Below are positions 28,346 through 37,773 of a stretch of DNA of 64,000 nucleotides, in pieces. The position numbers were made by a program, and so were the translations under genes. The stretch comes from a virus: UHGV virus genome UHGV-2031204; one strand, given 5' to 3'. Position 1 is the stretch's first letter. Every line of letters starts with the position of its first letter. The notes beneath the pieces were generated by a model, which was not told the origin of the DNA, did no database searches, and saw only the letters and a list, made by a program, of their open reading frames with translations.

Positions 28346-28507
28346 ATGAACGAATATCAAATACAGATGTTCAATACCGCGATGCGAAATCGTGAAAAAC
28401 AAATTCAGTTTAACCAACGCATGGACGAATATGTTCGTCTCGGCCTCGTTGCGGCACCGAAAACGGTTAACAATCACAATGTTCACCAACCACCTGTAAG
28501 GAGATAA
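28346..28507 (+). CDS. small protein (53 aa), cassette family member 2
   Basis: Below the ORF-track cutoff. Translation MNEYQIQMFNTAMRNREKQIQFNQRMDEYVRLGLVAAPKTVNNHNVHQPPVRR; same cassette context as 27948-28121. Confidence 0.5.
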   Translation: MNEYQIQMFNTAMRNREKQIQFNQRMDEYVRLGLVAAPKTVNNHNVHQPPVRR

Positions 28508-28650
28508 GTTACTAACTAATAAAGGGGGTGGCAGCAACACCCCCTACTTAGTTCAGTAGTTGTTTCCCGTTCATAATTAATAGCCTTCTGTTTTTTTTTG
28601 TTTTTCGAGACGCATAAGGGGTCATAAGGGGGAGCCGAAGCTCCCCAGAC

Positions 28651-30213
28651 TCAAAAGAGTTCGTCACCCATGCCGCCGGTAAATACGTTAATCGACGAGG
28701 CTGTTACAGTTTCTTCTTTATCACAATCCCATGGCAAAATGCCAACATCACGGAAAGGTATTACAGTATAATGATAAGCTTCTTTGGTATCAATAATGGT
28801 ACGGTGTTTACCGCGTTGTACTTCTAAATAGCTGTGTCCGCTGACGACACGTTTGTTAAAATACATCTCACCGTCAGCTTCGTTGTCTAAGCTAGAGCAG
28901 TTGTCGTAAAGACCACGACCAGGTAAGCTCTTACAGAAACTTGCTGGGTCGAGTGCTTTTAATTTTTTGCCTTCTGGTGAGATTTGGTGTGGTGCTAAGA
29001 GGAAACCACGATTACGTACCACTTGGATGTTTCGCGCGATACGATAAATTTCTTTAATGTCACTACCCGCAATACCGTTACCGTGCCCTGCTTTGCTGAT
29101 AGTACCGAAATAGTCTCCGCGTATTCCAGCTACATGATAACCTCGACGTTTTAGATCTAAAATCAAATCATTCAAATAGTGAATTTTAAAATCGGAGTTT
29201 GTGTGTTTTTGGAAAATATACTCCCAACCGTTTGCCCGCATTTTACTACAGAGGTAATCTGACATTTGTGCATTGTGTAGCGCTTTTTCTTCGTCAGTTG
29301 CCGTTTCAGGTGCAACCATTACCGGAGCTGTACCTTCAAAGTGTCCGTAAAGTGCTTGATACGCGTAAGCCAAGTTAACATCTAATTCGTTTTCTAAACT
29401 TAAATCCAGAATAACCGGTTGTAAGTCACCTTTAACATTTGCCATCACCTTTTCTGGGGTGTTGAATACAGGAATGCTAATAGAGAGCAATAAACTGAAT
29501 AATGACTTACAGTTAAAGGGTAGTGCGGGCATTAGCCAGAGTTCTTCGGTGATCCCTTTGTTACAGCCAAGCATTTGGTTAATTGCTTTCCACCCCGTAC
29601 GTAACCCATTACCTGCCGCTTTCTTACTGATAGAGTCGAATACATGTACGAAGGGTGCTTTATTGTCAGTAATCAATTCCCCTACCAGAGAAGGAATCTT
29701 ATTATGAGAGCGTTCACTGAACGTGGATAAGGTATCCTTAAGGTCGTTGAGCGCCGTTTGTAAATCAACACGCGTTTCAGTGCCGTTCAGTGCGCCTAAC
29801 GTACGACCCAATTTTTGTTTCAGTTGTACGCCTTGAATAGCTTGACGTAACTGAAAGTAGTATTGTGCTACTTGGCGATTAAGATGCTCGATGCGTGCTT
29901 CTGGTTCTTCTGGAATATCATCTTCCAGGAATTTGGTAATCGTATCGTATAGAGGACGTATTTGCGTAGTGGCCAGTTTCAAACGTTTCATGACGTTTGT
30001 GTGGTCGTAAGGCATACCGCCGTCTATGATGGATGTGATGATATCCTTGATTTCGACGAGGGCGGCACGTTCGTCACCTTCTTCTGCGTAATCAGGAAGC
30101 TTAGCCTCTAACAGCACTTTTCTTATGATGTCGTGGTCCTTTTCAGGATCGGTCAGAAGACTTTCAGCGTATAATGTGGCTAAGGCGGTTATCAACATCA
30201 TTTTGTTATTCAT
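28651..30213 (-). CDS. hypothetical protein (520 aa)
   Basis: Long minus-strand ORF; no recognisable catalytic motif found by eye. Confidence 0.8.
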   Translation of the reverse strand: MNNKMMLITALATLYAESLLTDPEKDHDIIRKVLLEAKLPDYAEEGDERAALVEIKDIITSIIDGGMPYDHTNVMKRLKLATTQIRPLYDTITKFLEDDIPEEPEARIEHLNRQVAQYYFQLRQAIQGVQLKQKLGRTLGALNGTETRVDLQTALNDLKDTLSTFSERSHNKIPSLVGELITDNKAPFVHVFDSISKKAAGNGLRTGWKAINQMLGCNKGITEELWLMPALPFNCKSLFSLLLSISIPVFNTPEKVMANVKGDLQPVILDLSLENELDVNLAYAYQALYGHFEGTAPVMVAPETATDEEKALHNAQMSDYLCSKMRANGWEYIFQKHTNSDFKIHYLNDLILDLKRRGYHVAGIRGDYFGTISKAGHGNGIAGSDIKEIYRIARNIQVVRNRGFLLAPHQISPEGKKLKALDPASFCKSLPGRGLYDNCSSLDNEADGEMYFNKRVVSGHSYLEVQRGKHRTIIDTKEAYHYTVIPFRDVGILPWDCDKEETVTASSINVFTGGMGDELF

Positions 30214-30226
30214 GGAGCATCCTTAA

Positions 30227-30751
30227 ATGCAAATTCGTTTTAGTCCACCGTGGGAAGTTCAACCTAACATAGATAAAGGCGCTGCCGTTAAAAGTATAGA
30301 ATTGCTCCAGGCAGGGTTCTTTAACTGGTTATATGACTGTCCGAATGGTTTCAGTTCTATTATCTTACCTGAAGTAAGTCGTTCTGCTATTTATAAAGCG
30401 TTAATGGCTCCGCCTGTGCTTCCAGGTAAATATTATGATCAGGTGTTACGTCTGGTCGAATCAGGCGAAAAGGTTTCCCTTGACGATTTATATGGGGAAA
30501 CAATTCCTTGTCGCGTACGTTGGGTGTTTACTCAACGTGGTGATACGATTGTGGCGTCATTTGCAGAAGCGAAGTCCGGTTCGGGTTTTTCTTCGGGTGA
30601 AGACCACGCTGCGAAAAAGATGTTCTGCGCAGAACTTTTTAAATATATGCGTACCAAGACTCGCGTCGTGGATGACTGCTTCAGTACCTCAACGCAGTTT
30701 GCCGCTAACGAAGTGCTGACGCAATTATACGCATGTCATTTATCTCATTAA
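30227..30751 (+). CDS. hypothetical protein
   Basis: 174-aa ORF; ATG only 13 nt from the start of the divergent minus-strand gene. Confidence 0.7.
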   Translation: MQIRFSPPWEVQPNIDKGAAVKSIELLQAGFFNWLYDCPNGFSSIILPEVSRSAIYKALMAPPVLPGKYYDQVLRLVESGEKVSLDDLYGETIPCRVRWVFTQRGDTIVASFAEAKSGSGFSSGEDHAAKKMFCAELFKYMRTKTRVVDDCFSTSTQFAANEVLTQLYACHLSH

Positions 30752-30763
30752 GGTATTAAACAA

Positions 30764-33058
30764 ATGAAAGATACCCGAATCTCTAATCTGGAGAAACTCG
30801 TACAAGCTGGTAACTCGCTGGTACAAAGCGTCATTAGTAACAACAGTGCTGGCGAAATGTGGAACACCATCGTTGCTGGTGAGTCTGTACGTAGCAACAC
30901 GAAAGTTTTTGGTACCCTGCGTGACGATGCTGCACAGCACTACGCAAACGCGTTTGCTGGCGGTAAGAAAATGTCCCACGCTGCGGAAGTTGCTTCTGCA
31001 ATGATTCTGGGTGCTGCTGGTCACGGTATGGACCTGCAAGAAAAAGTAGCGCAAGAATACGCTAAGCCAGAATTCCATAGCCGTTTTAACCTGGACGTTG
31101 CGATTCCTGGTTCCCAAGCTGGTAACGGCGACTGGGGCAAAGAGCGTATGGTTGTTGCTCAGGAATACTACACCAACAAAGATTACGACAAAAACCTGGG
31201 TCTGACCTGGACGCTGAACGTACGTGCTCTGGAAACTCAGTCTCGTTTTGCTGAGACTCTGTTCCCGACCATCACCGTTGACACCAACGATGTTGGTATT
31301 ACCGTACGTACCAAAGTGACCACCGTTTCTCGTGGTGTCATGCACGCGTTACTGACCAAAGACGTTGTTGAAGATCATCGTCGTAACCTGCACGAAGCGC
31401 TGACTGACCACACCGTTCTTCAGGACGAAGCGATCAACATCGTTCCTTACGTAATGGAAACCGGTGAAAACGCTGAATACTTCGTAAGCGAAGATCTGGT
31501 ACCGAACGAATCTGTTCGTCTGGGCCGCGTACCTCCGTACCCGACTAACTACCTGAGCTTTGCTAAAGACACTCTGAACCTGTTCCAGCTGTCTGCGCAT
31601 CCGGGTATCGTTCAGGAAGGTTACGACGAAACTGATGAAATCGCACCGGGTTGTGCTCTGGGCAGCCTGCTGATTTCCGTACGTAAACCGACCGAAGAAG
31701 CGAAAGCAGGTAAATTCATCAAACTGCACGTTCGTGACATGCAGTTCGCAACCTTCCAGCGTCCTGCTGAAGGTGATGGTCGTGAGCTGGTACTGCAATT
31801 CCGTCGTACTGCGTTCTCTCTGAATGCGAAAACTACCGACTGGAAAGGCGAAGCTATTCCGGCACTGAAATCACTGGAACAGAACTCCTACACCCTGCGT
31901 TATGTGATCACCATCAACATGTCTCTGTTCACTACCGGTCAGTTCGGTGGCAAAGTTGACATCGCTGGTCACAAACTGGAAATCGAAGGTCTGTACGACG
32001 CTACCGGTAACAAAGTTGATACCAAATCTGGTACCGGCAAAGTTATCCTGGACGGTCTGAAACTTGAACTGATGGGCTGGCGCTTCGATGGTACTCGTAC
32101 CAACGAAAACCGTCGTACCCAGGGTCTGCTGCTCGACCCAATCTGGGAACAAGAAAACTACAAGCTGCAATACGGTTCTCCGATTCTGACCAAGTCTCCG
32201 GTTGGCGTTGAATACGACGATACCGAACGTCTGGACGACCTGATTTCCGCAGTTAACATCCGTAACGAACAGCTGGCTATCACTCAGACGCTGTCTTACA
32301 CCGAAGCGGTACGTAACGCTGCTGCAAGCATGATCACTCCGTGGGACAAACCGGCCATTCGTGGTCTGGGCCGTCACTGGGTTGCTCCGTGGTTCAAAGA
32401 GTCTGACTACAACGTTGATGAAGTTGTACAGTCCCTGGATACCAAAGATGCACTGATCAACGCTCGTCAGGGCCTGGTACAGCGTATCGGTAATCAGGTA
32501 ACTCAGGCTATCCAGGAATCTCGCTTCATTCCTGCGCTGCGTCTGTACACTGCCGATCCGGACATTCTGCCGAAAGTTGTTATTGCAACTGACGAACCGA
32601 CTGCATCTATGCTGCTGCTGGTACAGGGCGACCAACGTCTGCTGGGCGATCGCTACGAATACGAAGTGATCACCACCAACGATGACCGCTGGCGTATCTA
32701 CAACGCAGCTGACGGTTCCTGGACTCGTCGTCTGCAATGGTTCCTGAAAGTTCCGACTGCGGACGATGGTTCCTACAACGTGCTGAACTGGGGTAACCAC
32801 TTCTGGTCTCCGATCATGGTTACCAACATCAACATTCAGCGTAACGGTTCTACCTCTAAAGAGCTGGCCGTACAGCCGCGTAACGCGCACATCTGCCACT
32901 GCCCGATCACTGGTCTGATCTGGGTTAAAGGCATCACCAAACTGGTTGAAGAAAAACTGGCTTACAATGTTTCTGTTGAACAGAACGGTCAGAAACAAAC
33001 CGAAGGTGGTGTAGCAGGTAACGTTGCTGGCGAAGGCAAAGCTGCTGCTGGTAAGTAA
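30764..33058 (+). CDS. highly expressed 764-aa protein; candidate major capsid protein (alternatively tail sheath or phage-nucleus shell protein)
   Basis: Very strong host-optimised codon usage over the whole ORF, unlike neighbouring genes; size compatible with the large capsid proteins of jumbo myoviruses; terminator follows. Function is inferred, not motif-based. Confidence 0.6.
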   Translation: MKDTRISNLEKLVQAGNSLVQSVISNNSAGEMWNTIVAGESVRSNTKVFGTLRDDAAQHYANAFAGGKKMSHAAEVASAMILGAAGHGMDLQEKVAQEYAKPEFHSRFNLDVAIPGSQAGNGDWGKERMVVAQEYYTNKDYDKNLGLTWTLNVRALETQSRFAETLFPTITVDTNDVGITVRTKVTTVSRGVMHALLTKDVVEDHRRNLHEALTDHTVLQDEAINIVPYVMETGENAEYFVSEDLVPNESVRLGRVPPYPTNYLSFAKDTLNLFQLSAHPGIVQEGYDETDEIAPGCALGSLLISVRKPTEEAKAGKFIKLHVRDMQFATFQRPAEGDGRELVLQFRRTAFSLNAKTTDWKGEAIPALKSLEQNSYTLRYVITINMSLFTTGQFGGKVDIAGHKLEIEGLYDATGNKVDTKSGTGKVILDGLKLELMGWRFDGTRTNENRRTQGLLLDPIWEQENYKLQYGSPILTKSPVGVEYDDTERLDDLISAVNIRNEQLAITQTLSYTEAVRNAAASMITPWDKPAIRGLGRHWVAPWFKESDYNVDEVVQSLDTKDALINARQGLVQRIGNQVTQAIQESRFIPALRLYTADPDILPKVVIATDEPTASMLLLVQGDQRLLGDRYEYEVITTNDDRWRIYNAADGSWTRRLQWFLKVPTADDGSYNVLNWGNHFWSPIMVTNINIQRNGSTSKELAVQPRNAHICHCPITGLIWVKGITKLVEEKLAYNVSVEQNGQKQTEGGVAGNVAGEGKAAAGK

Positions 33059-33073
33059 TCTTGCTTAAAAAGA

Positions 33074-33115
33074 GTCTAAGCCCTTCGGGGCTTAGACCTT
33101 TTATTTTTTTTTCTT
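33074..33115 (+). terminator. intrinsic terminator
   Basis: gtctaagcccttcggggcttagac followed by a long T-run. Confidence 0.8.
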
Positions 33116-33240
33116 TCTATTATTTTTTGGATAGATATTATTAAAGGGAGACGGCCAGTTGGTTTTAAAGGAGTATGTATGGAAAAAATACAGTTTAAAC
33201 TAAAGATATGTGTCATCATTAAAATTTAGCTTGGGTTCCC

Positions 33241-34251
33241 ATGAAACGTCTTGATATTGATGTGGTGCCCAGTATCTCTGAACGCTCGTTATGTCAAACG
33301 TCTGGATTGAGGAAACTTGTTACGTTTGAAAATAACACTGGCGTGCCTATCCACGTCACTGAAACCAGTGGCGGTAGCTTTATTTTAAATGCTTCGAAAA
33401 ACCCCGCTGATGAGCATGGGGTTATCGTTTACGTGACGTATCAATCATACGGAAGATGCGCGAATCTCAATGGGTTTGCTGAACTGATGCCGGGAAAACA
33501 GTTTTCTCGCTTTTGCGACCAATTGAAAGAAAAAGGGGAGGTAACGTTAGAGTATGCAGTAAACGACGTTGGTGCGTTGCTGCGAGGAGATTTGGTTGTA
33601 CTAAAGCAGTTAGGCTTTGCTTTCTCAACAACACCGATACGCTTAGATAGTAAACCCCCAACTATGCGCCCTGGAGGTGAGCGCACTGAATTTACATTGG
33701 GTGTTGTTGTTGTGCAACGCTACGACGAGCCCGACAATTATCGGTGGCTACGTTTCTACGGTACGAAAATGAAAATCGAACCAATAACGTCACGCTATTA
33801 TGAACCGGGCGTTTACATGATAATAGGAGGTGGAACGAGGGTGGAAGGGAGTCGAATGATTCATTTTGAATTTGACGACATTACTTCACCGTTTAGATTA
33901 TTTAAGGATGAGGCAGCGGCGGACGCGTTTCGATGGCAAGAAGCAGTTCCCGGTCTCTTTGAGATTAAGCAGCGTTTAGAAGAGCAGTACAAAGAAAAAT
34001 TAGAAAGCTTGGATTCGGCAAAAGACAAGTTAGAATTGGAACACAAGAAACAACTACAGAGCATGGCTTTAGAAAAGGAGCGATTGACTTTAGCATTCAA
34101 GCAACAGGAATTGGAAGCGAAGTCACGGGCTGAGGCGCGTAAAGAATTCTACGAGACGCGTTCTTACATTCGTAAGGACGGCTCAGACCTATTTAAATCT
34201 GTCCCTGCGTATTTGGCGGCGGGTGTCGCATTTATAGGGATGCTAACGTAA
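33241..34251 (+). CDS. hypothetical protein with coiled-coil region and C-terminal hydrophobic segment
   Basis: 336-aa ORF; C-terminal part is K/E/L-rich and ends with AYLAAGVAFIGMLT; weak RBS, preceded by a 16-codon upstream ORF. Confidence 0.75.
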   Translation: MKRLDIDVVPSISERSLCQTSGLRKLVTFENNTGVPIHVTETSGGSFILNASKNPADEHGVIVYVTYQSYGRCANLNGFAELMPGKQFSRFCDQLKEKGEVTLEYAVNDVGALLRGDLVVLKQLGFAFSTTPIRLDSKPPTMRPGGERTEFTLGVVVVQRYDEPDNYRWLRFYGTKMKIEPITSRYYEPGVYMIIGGGTRVEGSRMIHFEFDDITSPFRLFKDEAAADAFRWQEAVPGLFEIKQRLEEQYKEKLESLDSAKDKLELEHKKQLQSMALEKERLTLAFKQQELEAKSRAEARKEFYETRSYIRKDGSDLFKSVPAYLAAGVAFIGMLT

Positions 34252-34261
34252 GGAGCATGGC

Positions 34262-36037
34262 GTGTTTAAAGATGCAATCAAAAAGCTTAAAGAGAATGGT
34301 AAAATAGTACCCTTTAACCGTGCGATTGCGGAAGGAGTCGGTTATACACAAGCCAAAGATGGTATTCACGATCGTGTACATCGTATCTTGAAACGTGAGC
34401 TAGATTACCATCCTGTAGAGAACCCTCGTGTTCCTGAAGGTTTGGCCGTGTTGGGTGTTCGTTTAATGTCGCCGTTCGAAACTTTTATCTATAAGCTGTC
34501 TCGTTCAGAGAGCAGCAGGATGGATAAGCGTCGTGGGGTGATGTCAATCGCGAATACAGATGCGTATATGGTCATGTCGTCGTTCCGTATTCCTGGAGAC
34601 TCAAGACCAATCTCAAGACCGATTAACTTGCCATTCATTCGTCGTGGTGGGTTGATGAACTATTACGGAACAACGTATCATGTTGCACCTGTTATTCATC
34701 AGCCGGGTATCTGTCGTGAGCACGGCGGGGTGTTTGTTAATTTTGACTTTAAACGTAAAGCGTCATTAAAATTCTGTAAGCACCCGGTACGGATTTTAGT
34801 GAATGGGAAGAAAGAAGAGTTGTTCTTACCCGGAACAAACAATTTGTTTAAAGCCAAAAACGCCACACATCCTGATACGGACGAAAAGCCGTTAATGTAC
34901 TGGCTATTCGGACGTTATGGATTTAAGGAAGCCATCAAACGTTATACCGGCGTGGATGTAGAGATATATCCTGCATTCAAAGTACCTGAAATCGATCTCG
35001 ATAAAAAAGTAGTAATCAGTTCAGGTGAGCCTAAACATAATCGGTCGATTATGTACGTAGTGACGGTTCCTGCAGAGGCTTTACCAAATCTCGATAAAGC
35101 GGGATGGGATCAAAACGAGCACTTATTACTCGTGGCGATTTCTGCATTCTTTAAAGCAGCGCACTATTATTGCGGAAAGCAAGCGATTAAAAACGGCAAC
35201 GTTGTTCCTTTACCGCCGTTGTTTACCGCGATTAACGAACTTGCAATGGAGGACGATGTTGTAAACCTGAATTCCTCCGCAATTTGGCGGGAGATTTTGG
35301 GGAGAAGTATTGTTGGACTTAAACCGTCCGATATTGAACTGGCGCACAGCATGACGAAACACTATACGGAGTGTGAACGCTACGTTAACTCAACATTCCG
35401 TGGTGAGTTAATGATGTCAGATCCCGATATCCCGGACGATATGGATATGTTTGATTTCTTCTGGTACGCGACGAAGTTGATGGTGAGAACGCGCCTTACG
35501 AAACAAGGTGATATTCCGTCAATGTATGGAAAACGTCTGACCGTAACAGATTACCTGTTATTGGGTGAACGTGGCTTTACACCTACCATCGCTGCGATTC
35601 GTTTCCACTTGGGACAAACGGAAAATCGAACACCGGAGTCTTGTGCGAACATGATACGCAGTGCGTTGAATAAAGACATTGTAACCAGCCTGGTATTACG
35701 CAACATTACCGGCAATGGCGGTGTAAGTTATTTCAACGCTTCTACTGAGTCTATGGTGCTGGGGGTTTCAACCCATGCTATCAGCCAGACAGAAACAGAA
35801 TCAAAACGTAACAGCAAGGGCGGTAAGACGGTTAACCTTAATGACCGGACAAAACATGCCTCTGCATCTCATCTGGAATGTGGTAACGTGTATTACATTC
35901 CGAAGTCATCACCGTTCAAATCGGGTATTCTCAATCCGTATATGAAGACGAACACCCAACTGGTGATGGTACGTAATCCAAAACTCAACGAGTTGATCCA
36001 AGCAACCGAAGAAGACATTGCGAAGATTGGCCGTTAA
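34262..36037 (+). CDS. hypothetical protein (591 aa)
   Basis: Long ORF starting at GTG 34262, 6 nt after aaggag. Confidence 0.8.
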   Translation: MFKDAIKKLKENGKIVPFNRAIAEGVGYTQAKDGIHDRVHRILKRELDYHPVENPRVPEGLAVLGVRLMSPFETFIYKLSRSESSRMDKRRGVMSIANTDAYMVMSSFRIPGDSRPISRPINLPFIRRGGLMNYYGTTYHVAPVIHQPGICREHGGVFVNFDFKRKASLKFCKHPVRILVNGKKEELFLPGTNNLFKAKNATHPDTDEKPLMYWLFGRYGFKEAIKRYTGVDVEIYPAFKVPEIDLDKKVVISSGEPKHNRSIMYVVTVPAEALPNLDKAGWDQNEHLLLVAISAFFKAAHYYCGKQAIKNGNVVPLPPLFTAINELAMEDDVVNLNSSAIWREILGRSIVGLKPSDIELAHSMTKHYTECERYVNSTFRGELMMSDPDIPDDMDMFDFFWYATKLMVRTRLTKQGDIPSMYGKRLTVTDYLLLGERGFTPTIAAIRFHLGQTENRTPESCANMIRSALNKDIVTSLVLRNITGNGGVSYFNASTESMVLGVSTHAISQTETESKRNSKGGKTVNLNDRTKHASASHLECGNVYYIPKSSPFKSGILNPYMKTNTQLVMVRNPKLNELIQATEEDIAKIGR

Positions 36038-36076
36038 CGAATTAAATTATAGAAAAGACGTAACAGGAGTATAATA

Positions 36077-37729
36077 ATGGCAACTGTCAATAAAGACGTA
36101 ATTCGTAACCACATCTATAGCACGATCTCCAGTGGTCGTGATGAACTTTTATCGTATCTTTGTAATCAAGCACGTGCTGCTGGATTGAATGACGACAAAT
36201 ACATGGATAATGCCGTTACCGTCGCCACGTGGTTTGTATACAACCGTCGTCCAGATAACGAAACTGCATCGGCGATTCTGGCAACTTTTAAATCGACGCT
36301 GTATAGTGACTTACTGGGGCGTGGTATGCAGCCATTGGACCCGCGTATTCACAGCCAGCTGGAACAGGAATTCCGTACGGCAAATCAGTATGCGGTACAA
36401 GCTAAACAGCTTATGGCGCAATCGAGCACTTTTGGTGGCCCAGCAATGGGTGGGTCTCCGAGCTTAGCGATGCCTGCGTCTGGCTTCCCAGGCAACGGCT
36501 ATGGTAGTCCACAACCAGCACCAGCGGTACAAGGGGGTTCTATCCCAATGTCAACTTACGATCCGCGCACAGCGGCACAGAAGCAAACAGCGCAACCGCA
36601 AGGTAACTTCGGCCAGCCAGCACAACAACCAGCACAACAACCCGTGCAACAGGTACAGCCTAAACCGACTGTTTCGCAGTCTATGGTGGAAGCTAACAAG
36701 CCGCGTGAGCTCGACGAGAAAACTATCGAAGAACTTGTCGAACGTTACAATAAACCTATCATCGATCATTTCCGGGTGGAAATTGTGGAAGACTATTTAG
36801 ATCACGAACTTAGAGAACAGATTAAGAAAAATATTCTTACGCCGAAAGAACTCAATGAACGCATCAAAAATTCACCGTATTCTAGCCATCACAATTGGTC
36901 AGAAAAGGTTGACGAAATCATCGATAATGAAGACGTCGATTATTGCGTTTATGATGAAGCGGATGTGATGGTGAAAACCGAAAGCGAGTATAAATTGTTC
37001 CCGATGGTGAGTACGGATTCGAGCAAAACTTACCTTCAAGAATTTTATACTGCCGCCCGCCAGGCAATCGACGGTATCGAAGATATTCGCGATATTGACG
37101 ATCCGGAAGAAATGCTGAAGCGTACGATCGATGAGGTGTTCCGCATCCGTAAAATGTCTGAACGCCTACTGCAATATTTCAATACTCAGGCAGAAGAGCC
37201 GGATACATTGAAACAAAGCTGTGTGGAGTTTTGTCAGCAGTTTAACGCAACGCTCACTGTTTTGGTTCATAACGCGATTTCTGTTGCGACAAACTACGGT
37301 AAAGGAATCCCAGGTACGAAATTTGTACAATTCGATTGTAACTTAAGCGATCTCGAATACTTCCGTGACACGCTGTTCCCGCGCACTATCGGTGAAAATG
37401 GTGTAACCACGGCTGCGGATTTCTTCCGCGAACTGTGCTTGCTGGTTGCACGTTCTGTTCGTAAGCTGCATTTCCGTCTGAAATCTAACGATCGTGCTAT
37501 TGAAATTTGCCGCGTAACTTACACTATCCAACTACCTGCGGATTACCCGTCTGCAAAAGGTCGCAATATCGTAGAGATTTCCTCCTTCGGTAATGCGTTT
37601 GAACCTATTGTCGGTATCTATGAAGCAATTAACCAACGCGCACCTGAAGCTATTGTGAAGCTGGCTACCCCGTCGGCATCCTATACACTGCTTAGCAATG
37701 GTGAAATTACCGCACCGGTGCGTTACTAA
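36077..37729 (+). CDS. hypothetical protein with low-complexity Q/P/A/G-rich linker
   Basis: 550-aa ORF with aggag RBS; central stretch GGPAMGGSPSLAMPASGFPGNGYGSPQPAPAVQGG...QPAQQPAQQPVQQVQPKP. Confidence 0.85.
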   Translation: MATVNKDVIRNHIYSTISSGRDELLSYLCNQARAAGLNDDKYMDNAVTVATWFVYNRRPDNETASAILATFKSTLYSDLLGRGMQPLDPRIHSQLEQEFRTANQYAVQAKQLMAQSSTFGGPAMGGSPSLAMPASGFPGNGYGSPQPAPAVQGGSIPMSTYDPRTAAQKQTAQPQGNFGQPAQQPAQQPVQQVQPKPTVSQSMVEANKPRELDEKTIEELVERYNKPIIDHFRVEIVEDYLDHELREQIKKNILTPKELNERIKNSPYSSHHNWSEKVDEIIDNEDVDYCVYDEADVMVKTESEYKLFPMVSTDSSKTYLQEFYTAARQAIDGIEDIRDIDDPEEMLKRTIDEVFRIRKMSERLLQYFNTQAEEPDTLKQSCVEFCQQFNATLTVLVHNAISVATNYGKGIPGTKFVQFDCNLSDLEYFRDTLFPRTIGENGVTTAADFFRELCLLVARSVRKLHFRLKSNDRAIEICRVTYTIQLPADYPSAKGRNIVEISSFGNAFEPIVGIYEAINQRAPEAIVKLATPSASYTLLSNGEITAPVRY

Positions 37730-37773
37730 GGGGCTTCGTGCCCCCTAATCTATAGACACCACAGGACAGTATC

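Larger units (their letters stand above)
27700..28560 (+). repeat. tandem array of diverged small-ORF cassettes with conserved hairpins
   Basis: Repeated unit of ORF 3' end, GC hairpin, conserved hairpin gctttaacttttc..gagaagttaaagc, second hairpin with compensatory changes, and small ORF; one truncated unit and two complete units. Confidence 0.7.

Noticed and set aside
27700-28560. Possible CRISPR array
   Set aside because: The repeats are long, imperfect and contain ORFs and hairpins; there are no short identical direct repeats with unique spacers and no cas genes nearby.
30740-32998. Minus-strand ORFs 30740-31345, 31349-31798 and 31871-32998 antisense to the 764-aa gene
   Set aside because: Same artefact of codon bias in the sense gene; no translation signals; compositionally odd proteins.
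36189-36800. Internal alternative-frame ORFs 36189-36467 and 36501-36800 (and similar short ORFs inside other genes)
   Set aside because: Nested in other frames of well-supported genes, with no RBS and low-complexity translations.
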